Shown here: piece by piece, positions 27,053-36,337 of the stretch
How positions within the stretch are numbered: the first letter of the stretch is position 1
Layout of the letters: the number at the start of each line of letters is the position of its first letter
Origin: Clostridiales bacterium
GTDB taxonomy: Bacteria; Bacillota; Clostridia; Oscillospirales; Oscillospiraceae
NCBI GenBank assembly: GCA_021205725.1
Contig: JAJPWY010000022.1
Location: forward strand, 438 to 64,437
Reading direction: 5' to 3'
Length of the DNA: 64,000 bases
Position numbers and translations under genes: made by a program
Notes under the pieces: generated by a model
What the model was told of the DNA's origin: nothing
Databases searched by the model: none
What the model saw: only the letters and a program-made list of their open reading frames with translations

Positions 27053-27967
27053 ATGCCTGTCGATTGGAACGCCCTCCTGTCCGCCGTCCGCTCCGGCGAG
27101 GCCGCCGCCCTCACCTTTGAGACGGAGGACGGCCCTGTGGTTCGCAGCTTTCGGCCCCGGGAGCGGCTCATCGTCCTGGGAGGCGGACACATTGCCCTGC
27201 CTCTGTGTCGGTATGCCGCCGACCTGGGCTTCTCCGTCACCGTGGTAGACGACCGGCCCGACTTTGTCAGCGAGAGCCGGTTTCCCCAGGCAGACGCTGT
27301 CCTCTGTGACGAATTTCCCGCCGCCCTCCGCCGTCTGGCAGTCACCGGAGAGGACTATGTGGCCATCATTACCCGGGGACACGCCCACGATGCGGACTGT
27401 CTGCGGACGGTGCTGGAGGGGACATTCCCCCGTTACCTGGGGATGATCGGCTCCCGAAAGCGGGTGGCCGCCCAGTTCGATCTGTTGGAGGCGGAGGGCT
27501 ACGACCGGGCCCTGCTGGACAGAGTCCACACCCCCATCGGCCTGGACATCCATGCCCTGACGGTGAAGGAGATCGCCATCTCCATCGTGGCGGAGCTGAT
27601 TCAGTGCCGCCGGGCGGGGACGAGCTTCCGCTCTAAATCGGCAGTGCTCACCTCGGAGGACGTCGATCTGCCTCTGCTGGAGTTCCTGGCCCTGAATCCC
27701 GCCCCCAAGGCGTTGATGCTGGTCTATGAGACCTACGGCTCCTCCCCGGTGAAGTCCGGGGCGATGATGGCGATAGACCGCTCCCTGCGCTCTGCCGGGA
27801 CGGTGGGCGGCGGCTCCGGGGAATACGCCGTCATGGAGCTGGCACGCCAGATCATCGGCACCGGAGCCTCCCGGTGCGTCACCATCGACATGACCAACGA
27901 CGTCGCCGCAGACGAGGGCATGGTCTGCGGCGGGCGAATGAAGGTACTGATTCAGGATGTGGGCTGA
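27053..27967 (+). CDS. XdhC/CoxI family accessory protein
   Basis: About 300 aa. N-terminal XdhC_CoxI-like segment and a central Rossmann-like LIVLGGGHIALPL segment. AAAGGGAG RBS before ATG 27053. No molybdoenzyme genes nearby. Confidence 0.7.
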   Translation: MPVDWNALLSAVRSGEAAALTFETEDGPVVRSFRPRERLIVLGGGHIALPLCRYAADLGFSVTVVDDRPDFVSESRFPQADAVLCDEFPAALRRLAVTGEDYVAIITRGHAHDADCLRTVLEGTFPRYLGMIGSRKRVAAQFDLLEAEGYDRALLDRVHTPIGLDIHALTVKEIAISIVAELIQCRRAGTSFRSKSAVLTSEDVDLPLLEFLALNPAPKALMLVYETYGSSPVKSGAMMAIDRSLRSAGTVGGGSGEYAVMELARQIIGTGASRCVTIDMTNDVAADEGMVCGGRMKVLIQDVG

Positions 27968-28013
27968 AACCGGACAGGATACGCTCTCCCTGCATCAGAC
28001 CGTCCCGGTTTGA
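27968..28013 (+). terminator. Weak hairpin after the xdhC-like gene
   Basis: AACCGGAC...GTCCCGGTT imperfect stem followed by TGAATG. The stronger hairpin at 28040-28080 may do the terminating. Confidence 0.3.
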
Positions 28014-28035
28014 ATGATCTCTCATGCAACATACA

Positions 28036-29657
28036 GCAGCCAGCCCTCCGACCGATACGGCCGGAGGGCTGGTGTTTTGTCTCAGGTGAAGCTATGCTTA
28101 GAAGAAATCACTGGTCTTTTTGGGCGTATAAGACCCCAGGCTGCTGCCGTTATAGCCCCGGACGATATAGGTGTAGGCGTTTCCGGACGCCAGATCCACA
28201 TCCGTATCCGTCCAAGTCAGGGTGTCGGCGGAGGTGATGGTCTTGATGCGGGTGTAGCTGCCGTCCTCGTTCATCCGGTAGATGTAGTAGCCGGTGCAGC
28301 CGCCGCTCTCTGTCCAGGTGAGCACCACGCCGGAACTGTTCTTCGTAAGGGTCAGGGTGGTGTGGCCGATGCGACGGGTGAACTGGGAAGTCCAGGAGCT
28401 GGTGTAGCTGCCGTTGTAGGCCTGGACACGGTAGTAGAAGACGATACCTGCCTTTGCCGCCTTGTCGGTGTAGGACAGCTCATCAGCACCCAAATCGGCG
28501 ATGAGAACATAGCTGCCCGTCTCGGAGCGGCGATAGAGCTTGTAGCCCTTCGCCCCATCCACGGCGTTCCAGCTGGCGGTGAGGCCGCCTACCAGATTTT
28601 CCAGCTTGATGGTGGGCTCCGCCAGCCGCATGATGGTCTTGCCGGTGGTGTTGTAGGCGCTGACGCTGGAGTTGTAGGCCGCCTTTACGGTGAAAATGTA
28701 CGTGTTTCCGGAGGATACGCCTGTGCTGATGTAGGTGGTGTCGGAGGTGGAGCCCACACGAGCCCAGCTGCCGCCGGGGGTTTTCCGCCAGATCTGGTAG
28801 GACTTCGCTCCCGTGACGGCGTTCCATTTCACCTGTACGCCGTTCTTCACGTTGCTGACGGAGATTCCCGTGGGAGCGGTCAGTCGGGTGATGTACTGGG
28901 AGGCGTAGGCGCTGCGGGCGGAGCCGCTGACCGAGCGCACCATGTAATAGTAGCGCACGCCCAGGGCGGCGGTCTCGTCCGTCCAGGTCAGGGTGTTGAT
29001 GCTGGAGACCGTGCCGATCTGCTCATAGTCGCTGTCCGCCGTGCGCCGCCAGATCTGGTAGCCGCTCTTGGCGCCCCCCGCCTTTGTCCAGGAAATCTTC
29101 ACGCCGGAGGAGGTGTTTTCCAGGCTGACCTTTGGCGTTGCCAGATAGTGGATGTAACGCTGAGGGCCTCTGCCGGTGCTGGTGTAGCCGTCAGTGGCCT
29201 CAATTGCATAGTAGTAGGTGGTGCCGGAGACCGGGCTGGTGCTGATATAGTTTGGCTCCGTGGTGGTGGCACATCTCTCCCACCGACCGGTGCTGTTATT
29301 CAGCCGCCAGACGATGTATTCTGTGGCTCCCTCGATGGCCTCCCAGCGGATGGTGATGCCGTAGGTGGAGTTAAACAGGGCAGTGACCGTGGGGGCGGTG
29401 AGCACGATTTTCGGGATGGTCACGGTTTGGGTGTCGGTGTAGGTCTCGCCGTCAAAGGTCACGGTGGCGGTGTAAACGGCCGTACCGGTGGAGACGGAGT
29501 TGGCCGCCTCTGTCACCTCATAGGTCACGACGGCGTCCACCGCCTGGGCGTCGCCGCAGCCGGTGCAGGTGAAGGTGGCGGTAACGGCGCTGTGGTCGGT
29601 GGCCCAGGCCCACTCCGGCGTTGTGCTGTAGACGTGCTCGCCGGTGGCGGGGATGAT
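28036..29657. repeat. Arm B of the ~1.6-kb inverted repeat (partner 20710-22322)
   Basis: See arm A. The reverse complement aligns codon-for-codon with 20710-22260 and continues through the terminator. Confidence 0.85.
28040..28080. terminator. Bidirectional intrinsic terminator (copy of the 22286-22318 hairpin)
   Basis: CCAGCCCTCCG-N11-CGGAGGGCTGG followed by TGTTTTGT on the + strand. On the - strand it lies 25 nt after the 28098 stop. Confidence 0.6.
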
Positions 29658-32630
29658 GTTGTCAATGTAGAAATCCCCGCACAGCGGGCAGGTGTACAGG
29701 TCGCAGCCCTCATAGCCGCAGGTGGGGGCTATGGTGGTTTTTTCGTATTCATGCTCGCAGGTGTCCGGGTCGATGGGCTCGGTCACAGCGACGGTGTCGT
29801 CGATCTCGGCGTCGCCGTCTGTGTCGATTTCCAGAACCGTCTCCGTCTCTGGGTCTGCGGTGGTGTAGATCACTGTGTCCTCTGTGAGCGGAACATCGGT
29901 CACTTCCCGCTCCTCGATGAGATCGCCGTTTTCGTCGTAGAAGGAGAGGCCGAACTCCATCGAGCCCTCATCGGTGCCGGTGAGCACAATCTCATAGTCG
30001 GCGTTGGTGTCCAGACACAGAATCTTGATCTCGCCCTCGGAGCCTGCGAAGTCTAGCGTGCCGAAGGAGGTCTCCGTACACAGGCTGTCCGCACAGGAGG
30101 AAAGGGTCTCCCCGTTGTAGGTGACTGTCACATCCACCGGGCAGGCGACCCTGGCTTTCGTGTAGGCGCTGCTACTCTCGGTGGACTGGGTCGTCCCTGT
30201 GGGCTGGCCTCCGTCGATGATCTCCTTGAGCCATGCGGTCAGCTCCTGCCACTCCTCGTTGTCCTCCAGATCCCCTCCGCCGCCGATTTGGGAATGATCC
30301 AGGTCAAAATAGCTGGCACGGCTGAGAACACGATCTGACAGCATATTTGCGGACTGGTAGGGCACGGTTCCGTCGCCCAGGCCGTAGCTCAAATCCTGAA
30401 CTGACACGGTGCCGTTTGAAGCTACCTTTAAAGTCGCTCCGGTGATGGTGCGTTTTGTGTTCCCTATGGCAAAATATGCGTTGTCCATAGAGTGAAGCTG
30501 AGTGAATCCGCTCTTTGCGGTTTCCATTTTGCTCTCCAGAGTACTGCCAAACAGTGTGGATAAGGCGCTGCTGTACGATTCCGCATCGTTTTTATATTCG
30601 ATAATCGGGTAAATAGTCGTTCCAAAGTAAAACTTTGTCGCTGTGTAGCCGCAGTCCGCTTTGATCTCTGCCTGTACATCCGATAGCTTGTTGAGCAGGC
30701 CTGTTCCGTCGATCGTCCATCCCAGCCAAGAATTGTTGATAACATCATCCAGATAGTCTAGGATATCCTGTGTTGTCATCTCCTCGTTTGGGGGATTCAG
30801 CGTGTATAAACCCATATAATCAGAGGCTTTGAACGAATATTCCTTTGAATAGACTATTACGGTATTTTTAGCAGATGTATCCGTCCAGGATTCCAGCGTG
30901 GGAGCCAGCTCCGCCACGCCGGAAAAGCTGATTTTCAGGCCTGTTGAAAATCCTGCCATAGCCAAAATGGTGTCTTCCCATATATTATCCAGCACGTGCT
31001 TTGTCAGAACCGCATTGAGCAGCTTAGTCGCTCCCTCATAGGGCGTTCCCAGAGTGGTAATCGTGTGGATATAAGATTCACCGTAAGCGGCGACAAACTG
31101 GCTGGCCACCAGTCCGCCCATGCTGTGACAGACAAAATCCGCCTTTGTGATGCCCAGCGCATCCAGGCTTTCTTTCAACGTCGCCGCCGAATCTGTGTTT
31201 GACTTCCGCCAGTCATAGGAGTAAAAGTAGATCTCCCTGTCTTCGCCATATTCTTCCATGAGAAAATCGACGAGGGCTTTGTTTGAGTCCTGTGTTCCAT
31301 ATTCCAGATCAGAACCGGACTCCAGGAACATGCCGGTTACGCCTGTATTACTACGTACATATAACGGATTGCTTACATCCATCTTAGTTTCCAACAATTG
31401 TAAGGATGAGAGAAAAATGCCAAGAATCTTTGGCTCATCTACCCAAAGCAAATCGGTACAGTCAAAGTCTTCATATAACTGACTCCCCATAATGCCGGGG
31501 ATGATGATGATGGGGTATTCCTGAAAAACTTCCTCATAGGTGGCGACATATTCATGCTTCTCGGTAGAGACTGCCGATGCATCCACCCACATTCCGGGCC
31601 GGGCGTCATATCCGGCACTGATGGGCATATACCCGGACAGGGAACCGTCCCAGTTGTAAACTGCGTATACATTTGCCAACCCGAGAATCGAATTCGTGCT
31701 TCTCAGCAAATAGCAGTTTCCGCTGATGCTGACATAGAGCTCATAGTCCGTTGTTTCTGCAATACGGTCACTGTTACTGTAAAAACCATACGCTTCATTT
31801 GTCACATCAGATTGCGTCAAGTAAAACAGGTAATCTTCTGTGTCGTTTCCACGCCCGTTTTCAAGATAGGTGAGGGCGATATGGGATTGCTCCTCGGCTG
31901 TAAAGGCGGCATTCAAAAACGTTGAATTCAACCACTCACGGGCGACACTGGTTTCCCATGTTGTCCCATCCCAGGAGGTTGACAGCCCCTTTGCATCCAG
32001 CATGGCAGAGGAAAAGAGGAATAACTTTCCATCTTCCTCCGTCAGGACATCCCATTTGATATCCTCATACATGAACCAGGTATAATTGCCGTCGTCGTCT
32101 GTCATTCTTCTGAACTGGTAGTCGCCAATCGCAACGTCGCCGTTTTCATCGACCTCGAGTTCATTGAGCGCATTAATTAACTTCGTGTTTGTTACCTTGC
32201 TTTGCGGGTATCTTCCGAAATAAACTTCGTCACCCGTTTGAAATTCGGCTTCTGTTTCGGAGTCTTCGCTATCATCATCTGTGTCTTCTGACACGGTTGA
32301 TTCTTCTGTAGTAGCATTTTCTTCCGTTGCGGCATCTTCATCGGTAGAAGTTTCTGCAACATCATCTTCATGCTCATCTACAACAGCGACTTCGTCGGCC
32401 TCCTCCGTCTCCTCAACAGCAGTCTCCTCCTCTGCTGCCTTGTCTGCGTCCTCTGGCTCTGCCTCGTCTGCGCTCTCTGCCTCGGGCTCGTCCAAGTCCT
32501 CCGTCTCCACGTCCTGGACGACCGCCTCCGGCTCCTCTGCGACCTCTGCGCCCAGGGCCGTGGCCGGGAGCAGGGGGAGCAGGAGGACCAGAGAGAGCAA
32601 CAATGCGGTGATTCTTTTCACTCTTTCCAT
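28098..32630 (-). CDS. Secreted giant surface protein: signal peptide, acidic linker, DUF6273-like domain, alpha/beta-hydrolase (lipase/LCAT-like, HSMGG), Cys-containing PATGH module, five FN3-like repeats
   Basis: - Signal peptide (LLLSLVLLLPLLPATALGA).
- Glu/Asp-rich linker.
- VYFGRYPQ...IKWDVL segment.
- Nucleophile elbow CHSMGG (Ser codon 31124-31122).
- C-terminal about 540 aa homologous to the 18436-22260 product. Confidence 0.8.
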   Translation of the reverse strand: MERVKRITALLLSLVLLLPLLPATALGAEVAEEPEAVVQDVETEDLDEPEAESADEAEPEDADKAAEEETAVEETEEADEVAVVDEHEDDVAETSTDEDAATEENATTEESTVSEDTDDDSEDSETEAEFQTGDEVYFGRYPQSKVTNTKLINALNELEVDENGDVAIGDYQFRRMTDDDGNYTWFMYEDIKWDVLTEEDGKLFLFSSAMLDAKGLSTSWDGTTWETSVAREWLNSTFLNAAFTAEEQSHIALTYLENGRGNDTEDYLFYLTQSDVTNEAYGFYSNSDRIAETTDYELYVSISGNCYLLRSTNSILGLANVYAVYNWDGSLSGYMPISAGYDARPGMWVDASAVSTEKHEYVATYEEVFQEYPIIIIPGIMGSQLYEDFDCTDLLWVDEPKILGIFLSSLQLLETKMDVSNPLYVRSNTGVTGMFLESGSDLEYGTQDSNKALVDFLMEEYGEDREIYFYSYDWRKSNTDSAATLKESLDALGITKADFVCHSMGGLVASQFVAAYGESYIHTITTLGTPYEGATKLLNAVLTKHVLDNIWEDTILAMAGFSTGLKISFSGVAELAPTLESWTDTSAKNTVIVYSKEYSFKASDYMGLYTLNPPNEEMTTQDILDYLDDVINNSWLGWTIDGTGLLNKLSDVQAEIKADCGYTATKFYFGTTIYPIIEYKNDAESYSSALSTLFGSTLESKMETAKSGFTQLHSMDNAYFAIGNTKRTITGATLKVASNGTVSVQDLSYGLGDGTVPYQSANMLSDRVLSRASYFDLDHSQIGGGGDLEDNEEWQELTAWLKEIIDGGQPTGTTQSTESSSAYTKARVACPVDVTVTYNGETLSSCADSLCTETSFGTLDFAGSEGEIKILCLDTNADYEIVLTGTDEGSMEFGLSFYDENGDLIEEREVTDVPLTEDTVIYTTADPETETVLEIDTDGDAEIDDTVAVTEPIDPDTCEHEYEKTTIAPTCGYEGCDLYTCPLCGDFYIDNIIPATGEHVYSTTPEWAWATDHSAVTATFTCTGCGDAQAVDAVVTYEVTEAANSVSTGTAVYTATVTFDGETYTDTQTVTIPKIVLTAPTVTALFNSTYGITIRWEAIEGATEYIVWRLNNSTGRWERCATTTEPNYISTSPVSGTTYYYAIEATDGYTSTGRGPQRYIHYLATPKVSLENTSSGVKISWTKAGGAKSGYQIWRRTADSDYEQIGTVSSINTLTWTDETAALGVRYYYMVRSVSGSARSAYASQYITRLTAPTGISVSNVKNGVQVKWNAVTGAKSYQIWRKTPGGSWARVGSTSDTTYISTGVSSGNTYIFTVKAAYNSSVSAYNTTGKTIMRLAEPTIKLENLVGGLTASWNAVDGAKGYKLYRRSETGSYVLIADLGADELSYTDKAAKAGIVFYYRVQAYNGSYTSSWTSQFTRRIGHTTLTLTKNSSGVVLTWTESGGCTGYYIYRMNEDGSYTRIKTITSADTLTWTDTDVDLASGNAYTYIVRGYNGSSLGSYTPKKTSDFF

Positions 32631-32684
32631 GCTTTTACACCCTTTCTGAAACGGCTGTCAGGTATTTCCCGTTTCGATGGATTT

Positions 32685-32712
32685 ATTATACTGAGCACCC
32701 GAAGAATTTCAA
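32685..32712 (-). promoter_or_regulatory. Sigma-A type promoter for the lipase-bearing surface-protein gene
   Basis: Minus strand: TTGAAA (32712-32707), 16 nt, TATAAT (32690-32685). Confidence 0.55.
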
Positions 32713-32785
32713 CCGATTTGTCATAGTTGGTCGTTTTTATGTCAAAATTAGCAGTTGACATCTGCTCCAAACTGTGCTCACGGCG

Positions 32786-32826
32786 CAAAAACAGGGCCGG
32801 GCCTCCCCTGGGGGATGGGCCGGCCC
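32786..32826 (-). terminator. Intrinsic terminator after the PBP gene
   Basis: Minus strand: GGGGCCGGCCC...GGGCCCGGCCC GC-rich hairpin followed by TGTTTTTG. Confidence 0.55.
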
Positions 32827-32906
32827 CGGCTCTGCGGAGGGGGTGATTGTCAAAATGACTTATGGTATTTTTTCGGTTCTGTCGGCACGCCGACTCAGCC
32901 CACGGC

Positions 32907-34262
32907 TCACCCGCACAGGGCGGTCAGCACCGTGGCGGCGATGCTTCCCGCCGTGGAGCTGCCCCAGCCGCCGTTTTCCACCAGGACGACGAAGGCGTAG
33001 GGATAATCCTCGTCGTCGATGAAGCCCACGAACCAGGCGTGGGGGTCGTCAGAGGAGCTGACCTCGGCGGTGCCGGACTTGGCGCAGACTGCCAGGTCGC
33101 CGAACTGCTCCTGTCCGTAGTGGCTGGTGACGTTGTTGCGCATGAGGGCTTTCAGCTCCTGGCAGGTCTCCGCCTCCCAGCCGATGGAGGTGGTGGAGGT
33201 GGTGAGGATGGCGGCGGGGAGGCCGAAGCTGCCGGTAACGGATTTCAGCAGGGTGGGAACGGCGGCCTCTCCGTCCCCGGCGATGCAGCCCATGAGCACC
33301 AGCATGGAGCAGGGGTTCACCAGATCGGTGTACTGCCCCACCCCTGACCAGGCCAGGTCGGAGGACGAGGTGGGAACGGTGTAGCTCCCCTTGGCGGAGG
33401 ACAGGCCGTTCACCGTCACGCTGTCCAGCAGTCCCGCCAGGCTGGTATAGGTCTGGAGGGTGTCGCCACCCAGCTCCAGGGCCAGGGCAGCGTAGGCGCA
33501 GTTGCAGGAGTTGGCCAGGGCCTCGGACAGGGTCAGCGTCCCGTGGACAGAGGGACAGGTGACGGTGTCGCCGCCCACCTCCAAAGAGCCGGTGCAGGTG
33601 TAGGTGAAGTCGTCCAGGTCGTCCATCTGCTCGATGGCGGCGGCGGTGGTGACGATCTTGAAGATGGAGCCGGGGGTGAAGGAGGAGGAGAGGAACCGGT
33701 TCAGGTAGACGCTGTCATACCGGCTGTCCCCCTCGTTCACCGCCGCCAGCACCTCCTCCGAATCGTAGGGGTCAAAGGTGGGGGAGGAGACCATGCAGAC
33801 GATCTCTCCCGTCTCGTAGTTGTAGACCGCCACCGTGCCGCTTCGCCCGGCCAGAGCTTCCCAGGCGGTGACGTTCAGCTTTGCGTCGATGGTCAGAGAG
33901 ACCTGGTTGCCGCCGCTGCCCACCCCGGTAATGGGATTGTAGGAGGCCATATACTCGTCAAAAAGCACCTTGGCCCCGGTAGCGATGTTGCCGTACTGGT
34001 CGCCCACGGCGTGGAGGGTGGCGATGCGGACAGAGGACTCGTCGGCGTAGTCCCCGGTTTCCCCGTCGTAGAGCAGCACGCCGTTCCGGTCGGTGATGGT
34101 GCCGGTGGCGATGCGCCCGTTGGTGTACAGATGAGAGTTGGCGGAGAAGGCGACCCAGTCCCGGCCCTCCACAAAGTACATCCCTGTAAGGATGGCAGAG
34201 CCTGCGATGAGCAGGAGGATAAAGACCAGCACGAACCAGGTGCGTCCCTGTAGCTTTTTCAT
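32907..34262 (-). CDS. Class B penicillin-binding protein (peptidoglycan D,D-transpeptidase, PbpA/PBP2-like)
   Basis: N-terminal TM anchor. SxxK (SIFK), SxN (SCN) and KSG(T) motifs present. ATG 34262 (MKKLQGRTWFV) overlaps the upstream SEDS gene stop (ATGA). The ORF-track start 34355 lies inside the upstream gene. Confidence 0.88.
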   Translation of the reverse strand: MKKLQGRTWFVLVFILLLIAGSAILTGMYFVEGRDWVAFSANSHLYTNGRIATGTITDRNGVLLYDGETGDYADESSVRIATLHAVGDQYGNIATGAKVLFDEYMASYNPITGVGSGGNQVSLTIDAKLNVTAWEALAGRSGTVAVYNYETGEIVCMVSSPTFDPYDSEEVLAAVNEGDSRYDSVYLNRFLSSSFTPGSIFKIVTTAAAIEQMDDLDDFTYTCTGSLEVGGDTVTCPSVHGTLTLSEALANSCNCAYAALALELGGDTLQTYTSLAGLLDSVTVNGLSSAKGSYTVPTSSSDLAWSGVGQYTDLVNPCSMLVLMGCIAGDGEAAVPTLLKSVTGSFGLPAAILTTSTTSIGWEAETCQELKALMRNNVTSHYGQEQFGDLAVCAKSGTAEVSSSDDPHAWFVGFIDDEDYPYAFVVLVENGGWGSSTAGSIAATVLTALCG

Positions 34263-36241
34263 GGGGAATCCTCCTCTCCGCTGGTGGGCAGCGTCCAGTC
34301 CTCCTGCTCCTCCCGATGGATGGAGAGCCGGGCGGAAAAGCTCCCCTCGTCCCACCGCTCCTGCTCCGGGATGTGCAGCGTTTGGGTGATGTCGGCGTCA
34401 GCGGCGGTGCTGGCGGCAGGACGTGGAGCAGGGCGGAAACGGGGCGCAGGCTCCGGCTCGGGAGCCTGTCCCTTTTTCAACCGTTTGGGTAGCCGGATGG
34501 CGATGCCTGCGTTTTGTCGGGTGTCCGAGGCCTTGATATAGGCCAGCAGACACCAGCAGGACATCATGCTGGAGCCACCCACCGACACAAAGGGAAAGGT
34601 CACGCCGGTCAGGGGCAGCAGGTCGGTGGAGCCAAAGACGTTGAGCATGGTCTGGACGACAAAGATGGTGGCGGTGGCGCAGGCGGCGATGACGTAGAAG
34701 GAGGAGCGCCCGGCGGCGGCGGACTTGACCGCAAACAGGGCCAGCAGGATGATGACCACCACCGCCAACAGGGCGATGATCAGCCCCAGCTCCTCTGCCA
34801 GAACGCCAAAGACCAGATCGGTGTTGGCCGCCCCGATGTTTTTCAGCCAGCCCTCGCCCAGCCCCTGACCGAACAGGCCGCCGCTGGCCAGGGCGGAGAG
34901 GGTTCGGGTCTGCTGGTACCCTGTGCCGGAGGGATCCTCCCACACGTGGCGGTAGGCGGCGAAGCGGTTGGCGATATAGGGCCTGTAGCTGAGAATGAGC
35001 ACGCAGGCAAAGACGGCGGCGGCAGTGATAAAGGCCACCGAAGGCAGGTCGCCGGTGCGGAGAAAGGCGATGGCCAGAAATGCCACGAAGAAGATCAGAG
35101 CCGTGCCAAAGTCGCTCATCAGGGCCAGGCAGCCCACGCAGTAAGCGGAAAAGATCAGGGTAAAGATCAGGTTCCGCCGGGTGAACATCCGATCCAGGGT
35201 GGTGGCCCCCACCAGGATAAAGACCACCTTCACCAGCTCGGAGGGCTGGAAGGAGATGGGGCCGATGGAGATCCAGTTGGTGGCGCCGAACAGGGTCTCG
35301 CCCAGCAGCAGGTTGAAGGCCAGCAGAACCACGGCGAAGATGGCGGCGGGCCAGCGGAGCTTCTTGGCCAGCTCCACGTCCCGGAGGACGATGGAGAGGG
35401 CAAAAAAGAGGACGATGCCGATGACCACGGCGGCCAGCTGCTTGTAGAGGCTGGATGGAGCGGAGTCGGCGGTGACGGTGAGAGAGAGGGTGGTCAGGAA
35501 AAAGGCCAGGGTCTCGATCTCAAAGCCGGTGCGCCGGAGGACACGGTAGATCAAATAGACCGCCCACATGAGCAGGCACAGCACCCCAAAGGAGAAAAGC
35601 ACCGGACGGAGATATTCCTCATCTACCACCGATTCCAGCTGGAAGCACAGACCTGCCTGAAAGATGGTGAGCAAAATCAGGGTGACGCCGGGGGAAAAGA
35701 CCTTTCCCGGCCGGGTGCGGTGCTGGGCCTGCTCCGCTTCCTGGGCGGCGGTGATGGGATAGAAGGCCAGCTGGGTAGCGCCCAGGCCAATGACATCTCC
35801 CGCCTGGATGGGGGCGGCGGCTTCCAGAGGAGCGCCGTTGAGGGTGACGCCGTTTTTGGATTTCAGAGGAAACAGGCTCCACTGCCCCTGGGCGTCCCTG
35901 GTCAGGGCGGCGTGGTTCCGGGAGACGGCGGGGTCGGAGAGCACCACGTCGCAGGAACGTGCGCGGCCGATGAGAATCTCCCAGTGCCGAAGGGGATAGG
36001 TGTTCCCGGCCGGGTCGGTGAGCCGTCCCCACTGCTCCTGCTCCAGCTTGCCCTGGAGCAGACTGCGGGCGCACCGCACCACCACCAGCAGAGCCAGCAG
36101 AGGCAGCAAAAACTGCAATATCACATCCAGCACGTCGGAGAGCGTTTCCAGCAGGGCGGCGTCCTGGGACAGATCGGAGAACCAGCCCTGAATATTGTCC
36201 CAAAGAGAGGACAGGGTGGCTTGTACGTTGGACAGATCCAT
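34259..36241 (-). CDS. FHA-domain / SEDS (FtsW/RodA/SpoVE family) fusion protein
   Basis: - One TM helix.
- An FHA domain (GRARSCDVVLSDPAVSRNHAAL...NGVTLNG).
- About 10-TM SEDS core.
- About 80-aa Pro/Glu-rich tail. Confidence 0.85.
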   Translation of the reverse strand: MDLSNVQATLSSLWDNIQGWFSDLSQDAALLETLSDVLDVILQFLLPLLALLVVVRCARSLLQGKLEQEQWGRLTDPAGNTYPLRHWEILIGRARSCDVVLSDPAVSRNHAALTRDAQGQWSLFPLKSKNGVTLNGAPLEAAAPIQAGDVIGLGATQLAFYPITAAQEAEQAQHRTRPGKVFSPGVTLILLTIFQAGLCFQLESVVDEEYLRPVLFSFGVLCLLMWAVYLIYRVLRRTGFEIETLAFFLTTLSLTVTADSAPSSLYKQLAAVVIGIVLFFALSIVLRDVELAKKLRWPAAIFAVVLLAFNLLLGETLFGATNWISIGPISFQPSELVKVVFILVGATTLDRMFTRRNLIFTLIFSAYCVGCLALMSDFGTALIFFVAFLAIAFLRTGDLPSVAFITAAAVFACVLILSYRPYIANRFAAYRHVWEDPSGTGYQQTRTLSALASGGLFGQGLGEGWLKNIGAANTDLVFGVLAEELGLIIALLAVVVIILLALFAVKSAAAGRSSFYVIAACATATIFVVQTMLNVFGSTDLLPLTGVTFPFVSVGGSSMMSCWCLLAYIKASDTRQNAGIAIRLPKRLKKGQAPEPEPAPRFRPAPRPAASTAADADITQTLHIPEQERWDEGSFSARLSIHREEQEDWTLPTSGEEDSP

Positions 36242-36277
36242 GAGATCCCTCCCTTCGTCCGTAATAAATGATAGGAA

Positions 36278-36310
36278 GAAAAACGCTCCCCCGCCAGGGC
36301 TGGAGGAGCG
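36278..36310 (-). terminator. Intrinsic terminator between the TagH-like gene and the FHA-SEDS gene
   Basis: Minus strand: CGCTCCTCC-N9-GGGGGAGCG followed by TTTTTCTTCC. Confidence 0.55.
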
Positions 36311-36337
36311 GATGGTGTAGCAGGGGAGAGCAAAGGC

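Noticed and set aside
20710-29657. A diversity-generating retroelement (template/variable repeat) as an explanation for the two near-identical gene ends.
   Set aside because: No reverse transcriptase gene is in the window. The repeats are 1.6 kb rather than about 0.1 kb. Mismatches between the arms include all base classes (for example C/T and G/A transitions) rather than adenine-specific changes.
28014-30056. 680-aa + strand ORF, and its mirror image the 413-aa - strand ORF at 20755-21996.
   Set aside because: Both lie exactly antisense to the FN3-like repeat regions of the two surface-protein genes. They are Gly/Ala/Val/Asp low-complexity translations and have no RBS. They appear in both arms only because the arms are repeats. 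The sense frames have signal peptides, domain structure and conserved motifs.
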